A DNA stretch of 64,000 bases. It comes from an uncultured Aquificales bacterium. Its GTDB lineage: Bacteria; Thermosulfidibacterota; Thermosulfidibacteria; Thermosulfidibacterales; Thermosulfidibacteraceae. Below the pieces are notes generated by a model. It made no database searches and was not told the origin of the DNA. It saw only the letters and a list, made by a program, of their open reading frames with translations. Shown here piece by piece: positions 37,287 to 47,886 of this stretch. The DNA is taken from positions 19,346-83,345 of the forward strand of contig CAYVOC010000003.1 of the NCBI GenBank assembly GCA_964453345.1, written 5' to 3'. Both the position numbers and the translations under genes were made by a program. Every line of letters begins with the position of its first letter. Position 1 is the stretch's first letter.

Positions 37287-38601
37287 GTTCTATTTTCAGT
37301 CCCCTTCTGTTCAACGTTTCCTTCGCTGCCCCGAGGGCCTCTTCTGTGAGCCGTTCGGCGTATTTTTTCCCCTTTACTGTTCCGTATACCGCATCCAGAA
37401 TCTCCGAGGGTTCAAGGACTTCGAGGGGCCTTGCGGGGAGGTATCCCCCGTTTTCGGTCCTTTTAAGAAGGTTCTTTTTCTCAAGTTCCTCTATTATTTC
37501 GTCTATCATGTATTGGGGGTATCCGGTGAGCTGGGATGCGAGTTCCGCCTTGAGCTCGGCTCCCCTTATGAACTGGATGTAGGCGAGCCTTGCTATCTCT
37601 ATGGCCGCGGCGAGTTTAAGGGCGGGTTTGGGTTCAACTCCCGGTCTGTAGGTGCGCCAGTATTGTATCACGTAGGATGCCTGGGCGCCGCACAGAAATA
37701 CAAGCCAGTCCCAGTATACCCATATCAGGAACAGGGGAATGGTTGCAAAGGACCCGTATATGGCGTTGTATCTTGTGATGCCTATCTGCAGCTTTATGTA
37801 TAGGATCTGAACCAGAAGCCACCCGATACTTCCTATTATGCCCCCTGCGAGGGCGGCCGAGGTTTTGACCTTTGTGTTTGGAAGAAACTTGTAGAAGATC
37901 ACGAATGTGGCAACCAGTATCAGCAGGGGCACTATCTTTATGAAGAGGGTGGTCAGCAGGGGGAAGGGAAGGTATCTGTCCACGAGGCTCAGGGTCCTTT
38001 TGATGTGGCTTGCGGCCAAGGTTCCCCAGGCCAGGTTTATGGAGATGGGCATGATCACTGTCAGGGCTGTGTAGTCCAGTATTCTTCGTCCTAAGGGACG
38101 GGTTTTCTGGACCTTCCATATCTGGTTGAGCGCCTGTTCTATCTTTGTGAGGGCGGAAACAACCGCCCATATCAGTCCAAGGATGCCGACGATACCGAGG
38201 GTGGCGAAGTTGGTCCTTTCCACATAGACGAAGATTTTGTCCACGGCCTCCTTTATGTGCTGGGTGAAGGGGCTTTTCTTCGGTTCCTGGGGATTGGTGG
38301 AGGTCATTTCGTCTAAGCGTTCTATGAGCTGGTATACGGTTCTCTTTACCTCCTTGCCGGCTCCGAGCCCCTTAAGCACAGCGGTGCTCAAGGCCAGCAG
38401 GGGAACCATGGAGAGGATGATGATGTAGGTGAGGGCGCTTGCCCTTAAGGTCAGAGCGTTCCTTCTAACCTCATGGTAGAAGAAGTAGCACATGCGAAGG
38501 AAATTTCTGATTCCCCTTTCCCAGAGAGAGGCATCCGGTTTCTCTTCCCACACCCATCTGTCAAGGCTTAATGCCTTTTCCTTCAGCTTTTCCTTTTTCA
38601 T
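37279..38601 (-). CDS. YihY/virulence factor BrkB family membrane protein with C-terminal wHTH
   Basis: True start is probably ATG 38601 (ATGA overlap with mgtE). RASALTYIIILSMVPLLA, IEQALNQIWKV, YNAIYGSFATIPLFLIW, GGYLPARP. Confidence 0.88.
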   Translation of the reverse strand: MKKEKLKEKALSLDRWVWEEKPDASLWERGIRNFLRMCYFFYHEVRRNALTLRASALTYIIILSMVPLLALSTAVLKGLGAGKEVKRTVYQLIERLDEMTSTNPQEPKKSPFTQHIKEAVDKIFVYVERTNFATLGIVGILGLIWAVVSALTKIEQALNQIWKVQKTRPLGRRILDYTALTVIMPISINLAWGTLAASHIKRTLSLVDRYLPFPLLTTLFIKIVPLLILVATFVIFYKFLPNTKVKTSAALAGGIIGSIGWLLVQILYIKLQIGITRYNAIYGSFATIPLFLIWVYWDWLVFLCGAQASYVIQYWRTYRPGVEPKPALKLAAAIEIARLAYIQFIRGAELKAELASQLTGYPQYMIDEIIEELEKKNLLKRTENGGYLPARPLEVLEPSEILDAVYGTVKGKKYAERLTEEALGAAKETLNRRGLKIEHV

Positions 38602-40010
38602 TTCTTGAATTCGATGATGATGATGGTTGCAAGGGACAGGTAGATGAAGTTGGCAAGTATGTCGCTGAAGGTGGTTATGAAGGGACCCGATGGCAGGGCG
38701 GGATCTATGTTCAGCTTCTTGAATATGAGGGGGGTGAGGGTTCCAACCGTTGCGGTTATCACCATGGACGCGAGAATTGATAACCCTATGGTTACGCTCA
38801 AAAGGAGTTGTTTTTGCAACACATACACGAGCAGGGCTGCTATGGTCCCTGCTATTATGCCCATTATGAATCCCACGCCTATCTGTCTTACCACAACCTT
38901 CCAGGGCCTTTCGGCCTCTATCCTCCCCGTGGCAAGGGAACGGACAACGATGGTCTGGGACTGGTTGCCCACATTTCCCGCCAAGGCCATTACCAGCGGG
39001 ATGAAGAAGGATATGGAGACGAACTCCCTTATGGTGTCGTTGTAAAGGTGAATTATGTATCCAGATATAAGTTCTCCTATGAGGCTGAAGCTGAGCCAGG
39101 GAAGCCTGTATAGGGCGATTTTGAAGAGGGACTTTTCCCATATCTCTTCGTCGGTGGTTCCCACCATCTTGTATATATCTTCAGTTGCCTCCTCCACAAT
39201 GACGTCTATCACGTCGTCCGCTGTGACTATGCCCACAAGCTTCTTGTCCCTGTCCACCACGGGGATTGCCAGAAGGTCATACCTTCTGACTATGCGCGCC
39301 ACCTCCTCCTGATCCGTATCCACGGTGACGTATATTACATCCGGATTCATTATCTCTTTCAGCTTCTTGTGGGGATCGGACAGAAGAAGCTCCCTCAAAG
39401 ACAGAACTCCCACCAGGTGGTTTCTTGAATCCACCACATACAGGTAAAACACTTCCTTGTTTCTTGACTCTCTGACCTTCTGTATGGCCTCTTCCACGGT
39501 CATGTCCTCGTGCAGGGCCACAAATTCCGTGGACATTATGCGCCCTGCGGTCTCCTCACTGTATTGGAGGAGCTTCCAGATCTCAGGGTGCTGCTCTTCA
39601 AGCAGGGGCAACAGCTTCTCCTGCTTTTCCTTGGGCAGGGCGTCTATTAAAAGAATGGCATGATCCGAGGGCATGTATTTAATGAATTTTATAAGCTCTT
39701 CTGGGGAGAGTTCGTCCACTATCTCTGTGAAGGTCAGGGAATCCAGCTTGGGGAGTATGTTTGCCATCTGTTCGGGGGACAGGATCTCCAGAAGCTGCTT
39801 CCTTTCTTCCTTGCTCAAGTTTTTTAGAACATAGGCGAGATCCGCTGGATGCAACTTTTCAAGCAGCTTTTTTATATGGGTCTGCGCCCTTTTGCGCAGA
39901 AACCTCCTTACGGTGGCAACTATGATCTTCTTGTTTTTGGAGGCTTGCTCTTCTATTCTTTCCTCAGATAGTATCCCAGCTCTCTCAGGCTCCCGCTTTT
40001 GCGTCTCCAT
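38598..40010 (-). CDS. mgtE: Magnesium transporter MgtE
   Basis: [20 protein letters not shown] pair, [28 protein letters not shown]. Confidence 0.96.
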   Translation of the reverse strand: METQKREPERAGILSEERIEEQASKNKKIIVATVRRFLRKRAQTHIKKLLEKLHPADLAYVLKNLSKEERKQLLEILSPEQMANILPKLDSLTFTEIVDELSPEELIKFIKYMPSDHAILLIDALPKEKQEKLLPLLEEQHPEIWKLLQYSEETAGRIMSTEFVALHEDMTVEEAIQKVRESRNKEVFYLYVVDSRNHLVGVLSLRELLLSDPHKKLKEIMNPDVIYVTVDTDQEEVARIVRRYDLLAIPVVDRDKKLVGIVTADDVIDVIVEEATEDIYKMVGTTDEEIWEKSLFKIALYRLPWLSFSLIGELISGYIIHLYNDTIREFVSISFFIPLVMALAGNVGNQSQTIVVRSLATGRIEAERPWKVVVRQIGVGFIMGIIAGTIAALLVYVLQKQLLLSVTIGLSILASMVITATVGTLTPLIFKKLNIDPALPSGPFITTFSDILANFIYLSLATIIIIEFKK

Positions 40011-40870
40011 TTCTCCTTTACCTTCACCCAGAGATTCAGATAAACCTTTTTGCCGTATATGTGCTCCAGCTCTTCCCTCGCAAGCTGGCCTATCTTTTTC
40101 AGCATGCTGCCGGACTTCCCTATGATTATCCCCTTTTGCGAGTCCTTTTCAACAAAGATGTTTGCGTCTATCACCACAACATCGCCCTTGTCCTTGATGT
40201 TTTCAACGGTTACGGCGGTGCTGTAGGGTATCTCCTGTCTTGTGAGGTTGAATATCTTCTCCCTTATGATCTCCGATACCATGAAGTATTCCGGCTGGTC
40301 GGTGATCATGTCCTCCGGGTAGTAGGGGAAGCCCTCGGGCAGAAGCTCGAAGATGCTGTTGACAAGTTCACCGAGCCCCTCGCCGGTGACGGCCGATGTG
40401 GGAACGGCCCCCTTCAGTTTCAGATACTGCTCTATCTGCTCCCTTATCTCTTCGGCCCTTTCACGGGTTGTCAGATCAATCTTGTTGAGGGCGCAGATTA
40501 TGGGGGTTTTCTCCTGTATCTCCGCCAAATGCTCTATAACCAAGGAGTCCTCCTCGGTCAGACCCTCCTTTACATCAACCACCAGTGTTACCACATCCAC
40601 ATCCTTCAGGGCCCTTACCGCCACCTCCACCATGTATTCGTTGAGCTTGTGCTTGGGCTTGTGGATACCCGGGGTGTCCAGGAAAACGATCTGTCCCTGG
40701 GGCAGGTGCTTCACGCCCAGGATCCTGTTTCTGGTGGTCTGGGGTTTGTCGGACACTATCGCAACCTTGTGTCCCAAAATGGCGTTGAGAAGGCTTGATT
40801 TCCCCACGTTGGGCCTGCCTATGAAGGAGACAAAACCTGCCCTGTATCCTTCCGGCACTTCAATTTGCAT
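39953..40870 (-). CDS. era: GTPase Era
   Basis: [24 protein letters not shown] domain [11 protein letters not shown]. Likely ATG at 40870. Confidence 0.97.
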   Translation of the reverse strand: MQIEVPEGYRAGFVSFIGRPNVGKSSLLNAILGHKVAIVSDKPQTTRNRILGVKHLPQGQIVFLDTPGIHKPKHKLNEYMVEVAVRALKDVDVVTLVVDVKEGLTEEDSLVIEHLAEIQEKTPIICALNKIDLTTRERAEEIREQIEQYLKLKGAVPTSAVTGEGLGELVNSIFELLPEGFPYYPEDMITDQPEYFMVSEIIREKIFNLTRQEIPYSTAVTVENIKDKGDVVVIDANIFVEKDSQKGIIIGKSGSMLKKIGQLAREELEHIYGKKVYLNLWVKVKEKWRRKSGSLRELGYYLRKE

Positions 40871-40901
40871 AAAGACCTCCGGAGGCAAAATCGGCTTGCG
40901 A

Positions 40902-40931
40902 ATTTTACTTGTCTTTTTTGGGGTTTGTCAA
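40902..40931 (-). promoter_or_regulatory. Sigma70-type promoter for the era-mgtE operon
   Basis: Minus strand TTGACA-N18-TAAAAT in the divergent intergenic region. Confidence 0.65.
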
Positions 40932-40960
40932 GCAAGATTCTGAGTGCTATTCTTGAAGCC

Positions 40961-41557
40961 ATGGACGAGATACTTGTCGGGGAAAGGCTGAGGATTGTCA
41001 GGGACGGGCAGGCCGGAGAGGTTCCGGGGAGGATAACCCTCATCGTTAAGAGGGGGGCCTTCGGCTCCGGGGAGCATGAGACGACTGTGAGCTGTTTAGA
41101 GGAGCTTGAAAGGCTCGATCTTGAGGGCAAGAGTGTCCTTGATATAGGCTGCGGGACGGGGATACTTTCCATAGCCGCTTTGAAGCTCGGTGCCGATTAC
41201 GCCGTTTGCGTTGATATAGCCAGGGAGGCCATAGACACCACCTCTGAAAACGCCCGTTTGAACGGTCTTGACTCCAGGATCTATCCCGTTCTCGGAACGG
41301 TGGATATGATTCCGGATCATCTGCGCAAACCCTATGACGTTATTCTTGCCAACATATACCCGGAGGTTTTGAGGAGCATAGTTTGCAAGGTGGCTGAGCT
41401 TTCAAAGCCGGGGACCCTTTTCGTGGGCAGCGGCGTCATGTGGGGTGATAACACTGAGATAATAGAGCTATACAAAAAAGTTGGTTTCAGGCTTCTGGTG
41501 AACAGATGGCTTGAACAGTATACCACCTTTGTTATGGTGAGGGAGGGCTGTTTATAA
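40961..41557 (+). CDS. PrmA-like methyltransferase (catalytic domain only)
   Basis: AFGSGEHETT, VLDIGCGTGILSIAA, ILANI. About 198 aa from ATG 40961, lacking the PrmA N-terminal domain. Confidence 0.8.
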   Translation: MDEILVGERLRIVRDGQAGEVPGRITLIVKRGAFGSGEHETTVSCLEELERLDLEGKSVLDIGCGTGILSIAALKLGADYAVCVDIAREAIDTTSENARLNGLDSRIYPVLGTVDMIPDHLRKPYDVILANIYPEVLRSIVCKVAELSKPGTLFVGSGVMWGDNTEIIELYKKVGFRLLVNRWLEQYTTFVMVREGCL

Positions 41558-42347
41558 GCTCCCACAGGTGCCTTAGATCCCTCGCTATGTAGCGGGGCTT
41601 GAGCAATCCCGTTGCCCTTATGGCCTCTTCTCTTCCCGTGACACCGGTCAGAACCAGGGCCGTCTGCGTCTTTGCCCTGTTTCCCATAAGTATATCACTG
41701 TCAAGTTTGTCCCCCACCATGAGGACCCTTTCGGGCGGCACCTTTTCCCTTTCCATGGCGAGCTTTATCATGAAGGTGTTGGGCTTGCCCACTATGTAGG
41801 GCCTTTTCCCGCTTGCGGCTCTCAAGGCCGCCACAAACATCCCCACCCCCGGCATAAATCCGTCTTCAACGGGCCACAGGGCGTCGTTGTTCACGCCTAT
41901 GAACCTTGCTCCGGCGAGCAGGTCCCTTGTGGCCTTGCAGAGCTTTTCGTAGGTGATGCTCCTGTCGAGTCCGACAACCACGTAGTCCGCAGGCAGGGTT
42001 TCCGTCTCCTTCTGGAATCTACATTCCAGGCGGGCAAGCTCGTTTCTGAGTCCCTCCTCGCCGAGCAGAAACACCGTGAAGGATCTGTTCTTCTCCCTTC
42101 GCTTCAGGTATCTGTAGGTTGCGTAGGCTGCGGTTATTATCTTCTCGTCATTTGCGGGTATCCCCATCCTGTTGAGTTTATCTGCGTAGAAGCTTCTGGG
42201 GCGAAGGGTGCTGTTGGTGACAAAGGCATACTTTATGTTGTGCTCTATGAGCTTGTGGACAAACCAGCTTGCCCCCTCTATGGGCCTGTCTCCCCTGTAT
42301 ACAACTCCGTCAAGGTCTATGCAGACAAGCTCTATCGAAGTCTCCAA
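41532..42347 (-). CDS. HAD-IIA hydrolase (NagD-like)
   Basis: DLDGVVY, FVTNS, VGKP, MVGDKLDSDI, LVLTGVT. Confidence 0.92.
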   Translation of the reverse strand: METSIELVCIDLDGVVYRGDRPIEGASWFVHKLIEHNIKYAFVTNSTLRPRSFYADKLNRMGIPANDEKIITAAYATYRYLKRREKNRSFTVFLLGEEGLRNELARLECRFQKETETLPADYVVVGLDRSITYEKLCKATRDLLAGARFIGVNNDALWPVEDGFMPGVGMFVAALRAASGKRPYIVGKPNTFMIKLAMEREKVPPERVLMVGDKLDSDILMGNRAKTQTALVLTGVTGREEAIRATGLLKPRYIARDLRHLWELINSPPSP

Positions 42348-42916
42348 GTGAGATCTATCCTCCCCAGGAGGCTGGCGAATTCTAAGGTGATCTCCTTTGC
42401 ATTTTCAAGACCGGCCCTTCCGAATTTCACAAGATACACCTTCATCCACGGCTCAACGAAGGGATAAAAGGTGGATATCTCGTCGTCCTTCAATTTAACT
42501 TCTTTTACGCTTTCGGGGGGTCTTCTGGTGCCCTCTGCTTCCAGAAATACCCTGAAAAAGGGGTTGTCGTCGCTCAGATTGTTCCAGCTGGATTTCTTTG
42601 TGTAGAGGGCGACCAGAAAGGTGTAGTGGGCCCTGCAGCTTTGTGAGACCTCCTTTAGTTTCTCTTCTGCTTCAATTTCCGTTAACGTTCCCGCCTCCTT
42701 CTGATACTCGACCATGGATTTCTGAAGCTGACAGCTCAAAAAAACGGCGTCCACGGAGGCGAGGATGCTTGTGGGGTCCTCTTTGAGGAGTCCGTATCTG
42801 TGCCAGGGCTTCACCATGAGGGTGTAGGCGGTGGCCTTGGGAGCCACCGCCTCCTTCAGGCCCGCGCAACCCACGCAAAGCATGAAAAGGACAAGAAGCG
42901 CTCTTTTAAAGCTCAT
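42332..42916 (-). CDS. Hypothetical lipoprotein
   Basis: Likely ATG at 42916. MSFKRALLVLFMLCVGC lipobox. Fills the operon gap. Confidence 0.65.
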   Translation of the reverse strand: MSFKRALLVLFMLCVGCAGLKEAVAPKATAYTLMVKPWHRYGLLKEDPTSILASVDAVFLSCQLQKSMVEYQKEAGTLTEIEAEEKLKEVSQSCRAHYTFLVALYTKKSSWNNLSDDNPFFRVFLEAEGTRRPPESVKEVKLKDDEISTFYPFVEPWMKVYLVKFGRAGLENAKEITLEFASLLGRIDLTWRLR

Positions 42917-43598
42917 AGCTTTCTCCGGGCTTGACAACCACGCACTCGGATGAGGTCTCCTTTTTGACCATCTCACGGAACTTTTCGGGGTCCTGGGCGA
43001 TCAGATCCCAGGTGTTGTAGTGCATGGGGATAACCACCTTGGGCTTGATGAGTTTTACCGCCTCCAAGGCGTCCTCGGGCCCCATGGTGAAGTTGTCGCC
43101 TATGGGGAGAAGGGCTACGTCTATCTCGTATCTTTTGCCTATCAGCTCCATGTCGGCTATCAGGCCGGTGTCGCCTGCATGGTAGATGAGCTTGCCGTCG
43201 GTTTTGTAGAGGAATCCGCAGGGGTTGCCCGTGTAAACCACGCTGCCGTCATCCCCCACGTAGGCTGATCCGTGGGATGCGGGAACCAGCTTCACCCAGC
43301 CGAAGGGGAACTCTCTGGAGCCGCCTATGTGCATGGGATGGATGTTTGCCCCCTTGGATGCGCAGAAGTTCGCCAGCTCGAAGGGAGCGACTATCAGGGC
43401 GTTGCAGCGCCTTGCTATGTCCACGGCATCGCCGAGGTGGTCTCCGTGTCCGTGGGTGACAAGTATTGCATCCACCGTTATCTGTTCGGGTTTGGCTGCG
43501 GCCTGGGGATTGCCCGTCAGGAAGGGATCGATGATCACCTTACCGGAAGAGCTTTCGATCAACCAGCATGCGTGTCCCAAGAAGGTCAGTTTAACCAT
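42906..43598 (-). CDS. UPF0173 metal-dependent hydrolase (metallo-beta-lactamase fold)
   Basis: FLGHA, IDPFLTGNP, THGHGDH, YHAGDT, LPIGDNFTMGP, IPMHYNT. Confidence 0.93.
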   Translation of the reverse strand: MVKLTFLGHACWLIESSSGKVIIDPFLTGNPQAAAKPEQITVDAILVTHGHGDHLGDAVDIARRCNALIVAPFELANFCASKGANIHPMHIGGSREFPFGWVKLVPASHGSAYVGDDGSVVYTGNPCGFLYKTDGKLIYHAGDTGLIADMELIGKRYEIDVALLPIGDNFTMGPEDALEAVKLIKPKVVIPMHYNTWDLIAQDPEKFREMVKKETSSECVVVKPGESYEL

Positions 43599-43696
43599 GG
43601 CCTACCTCCTCTCTGTTGTTTTCTTGGCCTTTCCTGTTTAAGATTTATATTGCAAGTTTGGTTTGTTCAAGGATAGACGGTTGTGGGAGGTGGGTT

Positions 43697-44104
43697 ATGG
43701 ACTGCATCTTTTGTAAGATTGTGTCCGGTGAGATACCGGCTGTGAAGGTATATGAGGATGATGGTTTTCTGGCCTTCATGGACATAGGCCCTGTTAACAA
43801 GGGGCATGTGCTTGTCATCCCCAAAAGGCACGCCGCCACCTTTCTGGATCTTTCAGAGGAGGAGGCGGCTGAACTCTTTAGGAGGGTCAACAGAATCGCC
43901 AAGGCGGTGAAGGAGGCCCTGGGGGCTGACGGGCTGAACATTATTAACAATGTGGGCGACGCCTCCGGGCAGGAGGTGTTTCATGTGCACGTCCACATCA
44001 TCCCCAGGTTCTACGATGACGGCATGAAGTTCGGGTGGCGCAAGCTCCAGTATGAAGGCGATGAGATAAGGGAGTATGCCGAAAGGATAAAGAGCCGTCT
44101 GTGA
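43697..44104 (+). CDS. HIT family hydrolase
   Basis: MDCIFCKI, GHVLVIPKRH, FHVHVHIIPR. ATG at 43697 after GGAGG. Confidence 0.95.
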   Translation: MDCIFCKIVSGEIPAVKVYEDDGFLAFMDIGPVNKGHVLVIPKRHAATFLDLSEEEAAELFRRVNRIAKAVKEALGADGLNIINNVGDASGQEVFHVHVHIIPRFYDDGMKFGWRKLQYEGDEIREYAERIKSRL

Positions 44105-45084
44105 TGAGAAGAATCACCCTTGGACACGGGGGAGGGGGGGAGCTAACCCGGGAGCTTATAGAGGGGGTTTTTGCCCGCCGCTTTGAAGGGCTTGAGCTGG
44201 AGGACGCTGCGATTTTAAATCTTTCCGGGAGGGTCGCCTTCACCACCGACAGCTTTGTGGTAAATCCTGTTTTCTTCCCCGGAGGGGATCTGGGGAAGCT
44301 TGCCGTGTGTGGAACCCTCAACGATCTTGCCGTTAGCGGCGCCCGTCCCCTCTTTCTCTCCTGCGGCTTCATCCTTGAGGAGGGGCTGGAGCTTGACATC
44401 CTTGAGCGGATAGTGGCCTCCATGGCCGAAGCCATCAGGGAGGCGAAGGTCAGGGTGGTTGCGGGGGACACCAAGGTGGTGGAGAAGGGGAGGGGGGACG
44501 GGGTTTTTGTGAACACCACCGGACTTGGCCTCGTGGAGAGGGATCTTTCCCATGATAATGTGAGACCGGGGGATTGTCTGATTGTGAGCAACTTTATAGG
44601 GAGGCACGCCCTTGCCGTATTTATGGAGAGGGAGAAGCCGGACATTGATGTGGAGCTGGAAAGCGACTGCGCCAATCTGTATCCCCTTTTGAGCCGGCTT
44701 TATCCCCTTGAGGGACTCAGGTGGATGAGGGATGCCACCAGGGGAGGGGTTGCTGCGGTTGCATGTGAGCTCGCGCACCTTACCGGTTTGGGGGTGGAGA
44801 TTTACGAGGATGCCCTCCCCGTGGATGAGCAGGTTGCCTTTCTGTGCGAGATGTTCGGCTTTGATCCGCTTTCTTTAGCCAACGAGGGGGTGGCGGTGAT
44901 CGTTGTATCTCCAGAGGATGCGGAAAGGGCATTGGAGATGCTCAAGACCCATCCCTTGGGAGCGGGGGCGAGGGTGGTCGGAAAAATTAAAGATGATTTT
45001 TCCGGGGCAAAACTCGTAACCCCCTTCGGCGGGGAGAGGGTGATAGAGGTTATCGGCGAGGATCTTTTGCCGAGAATATGCTGA
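44101..45084 (+). CDS. hypE: Hydrogenase maturation protein HypE
   Basis: HGGGG, TTDSFVVNPVFFPGGDLGKLAVCGTLND, RDATRGG, ANEG, C-terminal PRIC. Confidence 0.96.
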   Translation: MMRRITLGHGGGGELTRELIEGVFARRFEGLELEDAAILNLSGRVAFTTDSFVVNPVFFPGGDLGKLAVCGTLNDLAVSGARPLFLSCGFILEEGLELDILERIVASMAEAIREAKVRVVAGDTKVVEKGRGDGVFVNTTGLGLVERDLSHDNVRPGDCLIVSNFIGRHALAVFMEREKPDIDVELESDCANLYPLLSRLYPLEGLRWMRDATRGGVAAVACELAHLTGLGVEIYEDALPVDEQVAFLCEMFGFDPLSLANEGVAVIVVSPEDAERALEMLKTHPLGAGARVVGKIKDDFSGAKLVTPFGGERVIEVIGEDLLPRIC

Positions 45085-45126
45085 GGGCTTGAGTTTTCTC
45101 CTTTAAAAGTTTATCAGTCTTTGCTG

Positions 45127-45912
45127 ATGAAGGAGTTTTCACCCATAGAGCTTGTGGCGGCGCTTGGAAGATACGGTGTGGGCTTTGTTCAGACCTTGGG
45201 TAATGCGGGAATCTTTCTTTTAAACACCCTTCTGTGGACCTTCACCCCGCCCATCAAGTGGAGAAGGGTCCTAAAACAGATAGAGTTTATAGGCTCAAGG
45301 TCCATAAGCATTGTTGCCCTCACCGGCGGTTTCACGGGCATGGTTCTCGCCCTTGAGACCTACTATGCCATGCGCAAATTCGGGGCGGAGGCCCTTCTCG
45401 GTCCCACCGTCGCCCTTTCCATGGTGAGGGAGCTGGGGCCTGTGATTTCCGCCCTCATGATAACCGCAAGGGCGGGGTCTGCGATAACAGCGGAGATCGG
45501 TATCATGAAGATAACCGAGCAGATAGACGCCCTTGAGATGATGGCCCTCAATCCCTTCCGGTATATAATGGTGCCGAATTTTATAGCGGCTGTGGTCTCC
45601 TTCCCCCTGCTGTGCGCCATCTTCAACGTGGCGGGGATATTCGGAGGGTATCTCGTGGGTGTTAAGCTTCTGGGGTTGAGCCACGGAACCTATTTCGGGG
45701 AGATGAAGAACTACCTTGATATGAGCGAGATACTTAACGGAACCTATAAATCCCTGGCCTTTGGGGTTCTGGTATACTGGGTTTGCTGCTACTGTGGCTA
45801 TTATACGGGATACGGGGCAGAGGGGGTGAGCAGGGCCACCACAAGGGCGGTTGTGCTCTCTTCGGTATTGATCCTTGTGTGTGATTATGTTCTCACCTCC
45901 ATTCTCTTTTGA
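45127..45912 (+). CDS. mlaE: MlaE ABC permease
   Basis: VRELGPV, ARAGSAITAEIGIMKITEQIDAL, GAEGVSRATTRAVV. Confidence 0.94.
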   Translation: MKEFSPIELVAALGRYGVGFVQTLGNAGIFLLNTLLWTFTPPIKWRRVLKQIEFIGSRSISIVALTGGFTGMVLALETYYAMRKFGAEALLGPTVALSMVRELGPVISALMITARAGSAITAEIGIMKITEQIDALEMMALNPFRYIMVPNFIAAVVSFPLLCAIFNVAGIFGGYLVGVKLLGLSHGTYFGEMKNYLDMSEILNGTYKSLAFGVLVYWVCCYCGYYTGYGAEGVSRATTRAVVLSSVLILVCDYVLTSILF

Positions 45913-45923
45913 AGGGATGAGGG

Positions 45924-46697
45924 ATGATTGAGGTTGTGGATCTGCACGCCACTTTGAAGGGACAGAGGGTGCTCAGGGGAGTGAATCTGAAGATAGATAC
46001 GGGCGAGGTGGTGGCCCTTATAGGCAGAAGCGGCGAGGGCAAAAGCGTTCTTGTGAAGCACATCGTCAGGCTTATGAAGGGCGACAGGGGCAGGATAATA
46101 GTGGACGGGGAGGATATAACCCACGCTAAGGGTAAGAGGCTTGAGAAGGTGAGGGAGAAGATGGGCTATCTCTTCCAGGAGGGTGCCCTTTTCGATTCCT
46201 ACACGGTCTTTGAGAATGTGGCCTTTCCTCTGGTTGAAAAGACCGATCTGCCCTTCGAAAAGATAAGGGAGATTGTGCTCTACGAGCTTGAGCAGGTGGG
46301 TCTGAAGGGCATGGAGCACAAGTATCCTGCGGAGCTTTCGGGAGGCATGAAAAAGAGGGCGGCCCTTGCAAGGTGCATGGTGCTTAAACCCAAATACATG
46401 TTTTTTGATGAGCCGACCACGGGGCTGGATCCCCTGACCGCCCGATCCATTCACAGGCTTATAAGGGAAACCTACGAGAGGACAAGGTTCACCGGCATCA
46501 TTATATCCCACGACATACCGGAGATATTCTCCTTGGTGCACAAGGTGGCCATGCTGCATGAGGGAAGGATAATTTTTTACGGAACCCCTTCGGAGCTTGA
46601 AAGAAGTGATAACCCGATTGTCAGGGAGTTTATAGAAGCCGCGCTTGAGGAGCATAACCCTTTGGGGAGGAGCCATGGAGAGGAACTACAGGCTTGA
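45924..46697 (+). CDS. mlaF: MlaF ABC ATPase
   Basis: [40 protein letters not shown]. Confidence 0.93.
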   Translation: MIEVVDLHATLKGQRVLRGVNLKIDTGEVVALIGRSGEGKSVLVKHIVRLMKGDRGRIIVDGEDITHAKGKRLEKVREKMGYLFQEGALFDSYTVFENVAFPLVEKTDLPFEKIREIVLYELEQVGLKGMEHKYPAELSGGMKKRAALARCMVLKPKYMFFDEPTTGLDPLTARSIHRLIRETYERTRFTGIIISHDIPEIFSLVHKVAMLHEGRIIFYGTPSELERSDNPIVREFIEAALEEHNPLGRSHGEELQA

Positions 46698-47163
46698 GCT
46701 TACCGTTGGTTTCTTTATGCTTCTGGGGATAATCTGTTTGGGCTATCTTTCCATAAAGCTGGGCAAGATGGAGGTTATAGGGGGCAGGGGGACCCTGCTA
46801 TACGCCAAGTTTGTGAATGTGGGAGGTTTGAAGGAGGGGGCTGAGGTTGAGATAGCGGGGGTCCCCATAGGCAGGGTGAAGAGCATAGAGCTTGATCCCA
46901 ACACCTATGAGGCCAAGGTTGCCCTTCTGATAAAGCCGGGCATAAGGATTCAGGAGGACGCCATAGCGGCCGTCAAAACCAAGGGGCTTGTGGGTGAGAA
47001 GTTTATAGAGATAACCCCCGGTGCCTCCGACAGGTATCTGAAGAGCGGGGACTACATAAAGGAGACCCAGTCCGCCTTCAGCCTCGAGGACGCCATAGGA
47101 AGGCTCATCTTCGGTAGCACCTCCGGGGGTGAGAAGAAGGACGAGGACAGTCTGGAGGAGTAG
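46675..47163 (+). CDS. mlaD: MlaD (MCE) protein
   Basis: TM helix, [34 protein letters not shown]. Confidence 0.93.
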   Translation: MERNYRLELTVGFFMLLGIICLGYLSIKLGKMEVIGGRGTLLYAKFVNVGGLKEGAEVEIAGVPIGRVKSIELDPNTYEAKVALLIKPGIRIQEDAIAAVKTKGLVGEKFIEITPGASDRYLKSGDYIKETQSAFSLEDAIGRLIFGSTSGGEKKDEDSLEE

Positions 47164-47164
47164 A

Positions 47165-47875
47165 ATGAGGTGGTTAGCCCTTCTTTTTGTCTTTTTTCTG
47201 CTCGCTGTTTGCCCCTTGAGGGCGGGCATTGTTCTTGAGAGTGTGCCCGCCGGCATGTCCTACGAGGAGGAGCTGGAGATTCCCGATCCCCTTGAGCCCG
47301 TGAACAGGGCCTCCTTCTCCTTCAACGACAGGTTCTACTACTGGTTTCTTAAGCCCGTTGGCAAGGCCTATTCCACCGTTGTTCCCGAAAGGGTGAGGCG
47401 CTCGGCGGATAACTTTCTGTATAACCTCATGACCCCCGTCAGGATGGTGAACGATATTCTGCAGTTTGACTTCAAAAAGTTTGTTGTTGAGTTTGCCAGA
47501 TTCTTGGCCAACACCACGGTGGGCGTGGGCGGGCTCTTCGATGTGGCCAAAACCTGGGGGCTTCCGCGGCAGGATGAGGACTTCGGACAGACCCTTGGCA
47601 AATGGGGGGTTGGAGAGATAGCCTATGTTGACTGGCCGGTTATGGGGCCTTCGGATGTCAGGGATACCGCCGGGACGGTGGTGGATTCCTTCTTTGATCC
47701 CCTTTATTATGTTGTGAACTTCTGGAGCTATGTGGGGATAAAGGCCTTTTATGAGTTCAACAGGTTCTCCTTTAACGTTGACATGTATGACGACATAAAG
47801 CAGGATTCCCTTGACCCCTACACGGCGGTCAGAAACATGTATTTCCAGCATAGAAGGTATCTGGTTGAACACTAA
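47165..47875 (+). CDS. mlaA: MlaA/VacJ family protein
   Basis: [49 protein letters not shown]. Confidence 0.93.
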   Translation: MRWLALLFVFFLLAVCPLRAGIVLESVPAGMSYEEELEIPDPLEPVNRASFSFNDRFYYWFLKPVGKAYSTVVPERVRRSADNFLYNLMTPVRMVNDILQFDFKKFVVEFARFLANTTVGVGGLFDVAKTWGLPRQDEDFGQTLGKWGVGEIAYVDWPVMGPSDVRDTAGTVVDSFFDPLYYVVNFWSYVGIKAFYEFNRFSFNVDMYDDIKQDSLDPYTAVRNMYFQHRRYLVEH

Positions 47876-47886
47876 GGGGGTGGAGG

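Noticed and set aside
38602-39141. 180-codon N-terminal extension of the YihY ORF overlapping mgtE
   Set aside because: The extension is an alternate frame of mgtE with no protein-like features. The ATGA overlap at 38598-38601 gives a natural start.
45070-45090. hypE terminal UGA as possible Sec codon
   Set aside because: HypE requires a C-terminal PRIC cysteine, so this is the normal stop.
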